From the NCBI GenBank assembly GCA_043228905.1, contig JBHGNT010000014.1, positions 6,696,001 to 6,760,000 on the forward strand: DNA of 64,000 nucleotides, read 5' to 3'. Shown here one piece after another: positions 61,721-64,000 of this stretch. Position numbers and translations under genes: made by a program. The notes below the pieces were generated by a model. It was not told the origin of the DNA, ran no database searches, and saw nothing but the letters and a program-made list of their open reading frames with translations. The stretch is from Azolla caroliniana (lineage: Eukaryota > Plantae > Polypodiophyta). Position 1 is the first letter of the stretch. The number at the start of each line of letters is the position of its first letter.

Positions 61721-62515
61721 TGTTGGGAACTTGACGTTCCTTATGTCCGACGCTCGGCCACAACTGAGATTCTTTACATACACAGAAAAAACAGGTAATG
61801 AAACGCGACACAAAAGAGGAGAAATGGTACACAAGAGGTTTACGTGGAAAACCCCAAAATAGGGGAAAAAACCACGGCAGCACACAAGCTGCAAACTGTC
61901 ACTATGTAGAAATATACAACAGTGAGATCACTGAGGCAACGACCTCGTGCTCTCGGATCTTCGCCACAGGCGGCGGTTACAACAGAGGCAACGACCTCGT
62001 CTCTCTCTCTCTCTCTGTACAGTTACGTGCTCTGATTTCTTCTTGCACCAACAAGAAAGAATAACCACAAAAATGACAACTACTCAAAAAAAAACTAAAA
62101 GTTTGCCCTAAGTCATATTTATACTAATATGACTTTTCGGCTATTTACAAATGTAGCCTCGATGGGCACCATCCGGCTCTCCTGAGTCGGGTACTCCTCG
62201 TCCGGTTCATACCAGGCCTACACCATCCGACTCTCCGTTGTCGGGTACTCCTCATCCGGTTCATACCGGGCCTACACCATCCGACTCTCCGCAGTCGGGT
62301 ACTCCTCATTCGATTCATACCGTTTCGGCCTCGGCCTGTAAACCTCGGCCGAGTTTGTTCGTCGGCACTGTTCTTCTCCCTTCCCATCCGGAGGGACCTG
62401 TCTACCAACAAACTCCCCCTTCACTCCGGCATGGGGTGTCTTTCCAGCCCGATCCTCTTCCGGCATGCGTCCAGCTTGTTGGGTGTCAGCACTTTGGTCA
62501 GCATATCTGACCCGT
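61721..62515 (-). mobile_element. Copia family L 3' LTR (61721-62410), PPT and RNase H C-terminus
   Basis: Homologous to 28360-28997; DMLTKVL..PHAG tail; internal ~57-bp repeats. Confidence 0.9.
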
Positions 62516-64000
62516 TGTCGAGATATTACGCAAGTGCGTGTGGAATAGAGGCGGGACCGCGGGGGTCTCGAACCAAAGAGCAAGCGAGGGAGGAGAAAGA
62601 GAGAGAACCGGCTACGCAGGACCGGGGATACACAGGGACACGGCCCTTCAGCACGGAGAACGCGAACAGACACCGACACAGACGGATGCGAATGACTAAA
62701 TATGTGTATTAACAAAATGGCTAACACGACTACAACCCCCGATGGGGCACAGGTTGGTTGCAACCGAACAGGCCGGCGAACAGATGCCGATGCCTGTTCG
62801 CTTCGACGCACAAACGGGGAAATGGGGGGGGGGTAGCAGGTCGGAGGTGCTGCCGGAAGCACTCGGGCGTTCCTCGAAACAGCGCGAGCCTCCCCGGAAC
62901 CCTGCACAGAAAGCTTTGGAGCTCAAGAAGGAAGGAAACAGAGAGAGCGAAGCGTCCAGAAACTGTCCGACAGCACTTCGTCCTCTCCGCGCCAGATCCC
63001 TGCAACAGCTCTTTCCCGCTCCTTATATAGGCCGACGAACAGGCCGTCGTGTCAGCTTTATTCCCTGTCCCTTTTGGACAGGGATCCGCTCCGTTTTTCA
63101 CGGATCCGCGTAGTTACGCCGCCGACTCGTACAGTTCGCGCGCGCGACCGAAAAGACTGTTCGCGCGGTCTTTGTCTCCACTTGAGTTAGGGCCCGTTCC
63201 TGCCGATTATCCTCTCAATTCGTTTCTATGTACAACTCGGAGCGTGCGCGCGTGAAGAACCGGTTCCCACGCCTTGGTGCGCCGATTCCGCCTATGGACG
63301 GTTTTCTTCACGACATCCGCCCCCACCTAACCGCGCATCCTCCGGTATGCGCCAAGAGAGTTGGGACGGAGAAAACCGGCCCGTCTTCATTCCTCGCCCG
63401 TCGGTTCTTCTTCATTTTCGGATCGTTCGTCACTGCCGACCAGGAGAGCCGGGTCTGGCTCGTCGTCGTGTCGCTTCTTGAACGCTTTGATCCGCTTCCC
63501 TGCAACCGGTATCGCCATTCTCGTGCCGTCAAGTTCCGCCAGGTGATATGTCCCGTTGTCATTGGCGCTCCGTACCACGTAAGGCCCGAACCACCTTCGT
63601 GCGAACTTCCGTGTGGCTCGGTGCTGGTTGTCGAGGCTGCTGTCGTAGACGAGCACCCAGTCACCTTCTTCGATTTTCTTCGGTCGTAGCCGGTGCGTTC
63701 GGTCGAACCGGGCTTTGTTCTTTGTCCTCGCCACCCGGAGCTTCTCCGTAGCCAGTGCCACGTCCTCCGGCCTCCGCTCGAGCTGTCGTATACGTGCGAC
63801 CAACAACTCCTCCCGGCTCATCTCGTCCCTCCAGTCGACCGTTGCCCACGAGGAGATCGTCCGTTCAATCGGCATGATCGGCGTCTGGCCGAACATGAGC
63901 TCCGTCGGCATGTACCCGGTTACCGAACTGTGCGTGGTCCGGTCTGCCCACAAAGCATAAGGTAGCAGCCGCGGCCAGTCACCGGCTCGGCCTCCGCATG
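62516..64000 (-). mobile_element. 3' end of a Trp-primed Gypsy copy: integrase C-terminus, PPT, 3' LTR (62516-63315)
   Basis: ORF 63387-63953 is close to 26117-26677; PPT AGGTGGGGGCGGA; TGTCG..CGACA termini; continues beyond the window. Confidence 0.93.

Overview
Eukaryotic repeat-dense window with no recognisable host gene, rRNA, true tRNA or CRISPR array. Almost all of it is nested retrotransposons; the element mix suggests a non-seed land plant (inference). Contents: (1) Ty3/Gypsy chromoviruses (Tcn1/Tf1-like), including an apparently intact, very young copy at 1914-7598 (-) with near-identical LTRs, a self-priming-type PBS and a -1 frameshift signal; (2) a tRNA-Trp-primed non-chromodomain Gypsy family (Phygy-like) with 4-bp TSDs: a near-complete copy at 20468-27382, a deleted copy at 8572-14562, solo LTRs and a non-autonomous derivative; (3) several degenerate Ty1/Copia families, full-length, truncated or as solo LTRs with 5-bp TSDs; (4) a near full-length LINE at about 55.7-60.5 kb and an L1 zf-RVT fragment. 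The most notable signals are a recurrent antisense tRNA-like (Pol III A/B-box) cassette in the U3 of LTRs from different Gypsy lineages, a covarying frameshift pseudoknot between protease and RT, and an NCGN target-site bias of the Trp-primed family. All coordinates were read by eye and clade names are inferred without database searches.
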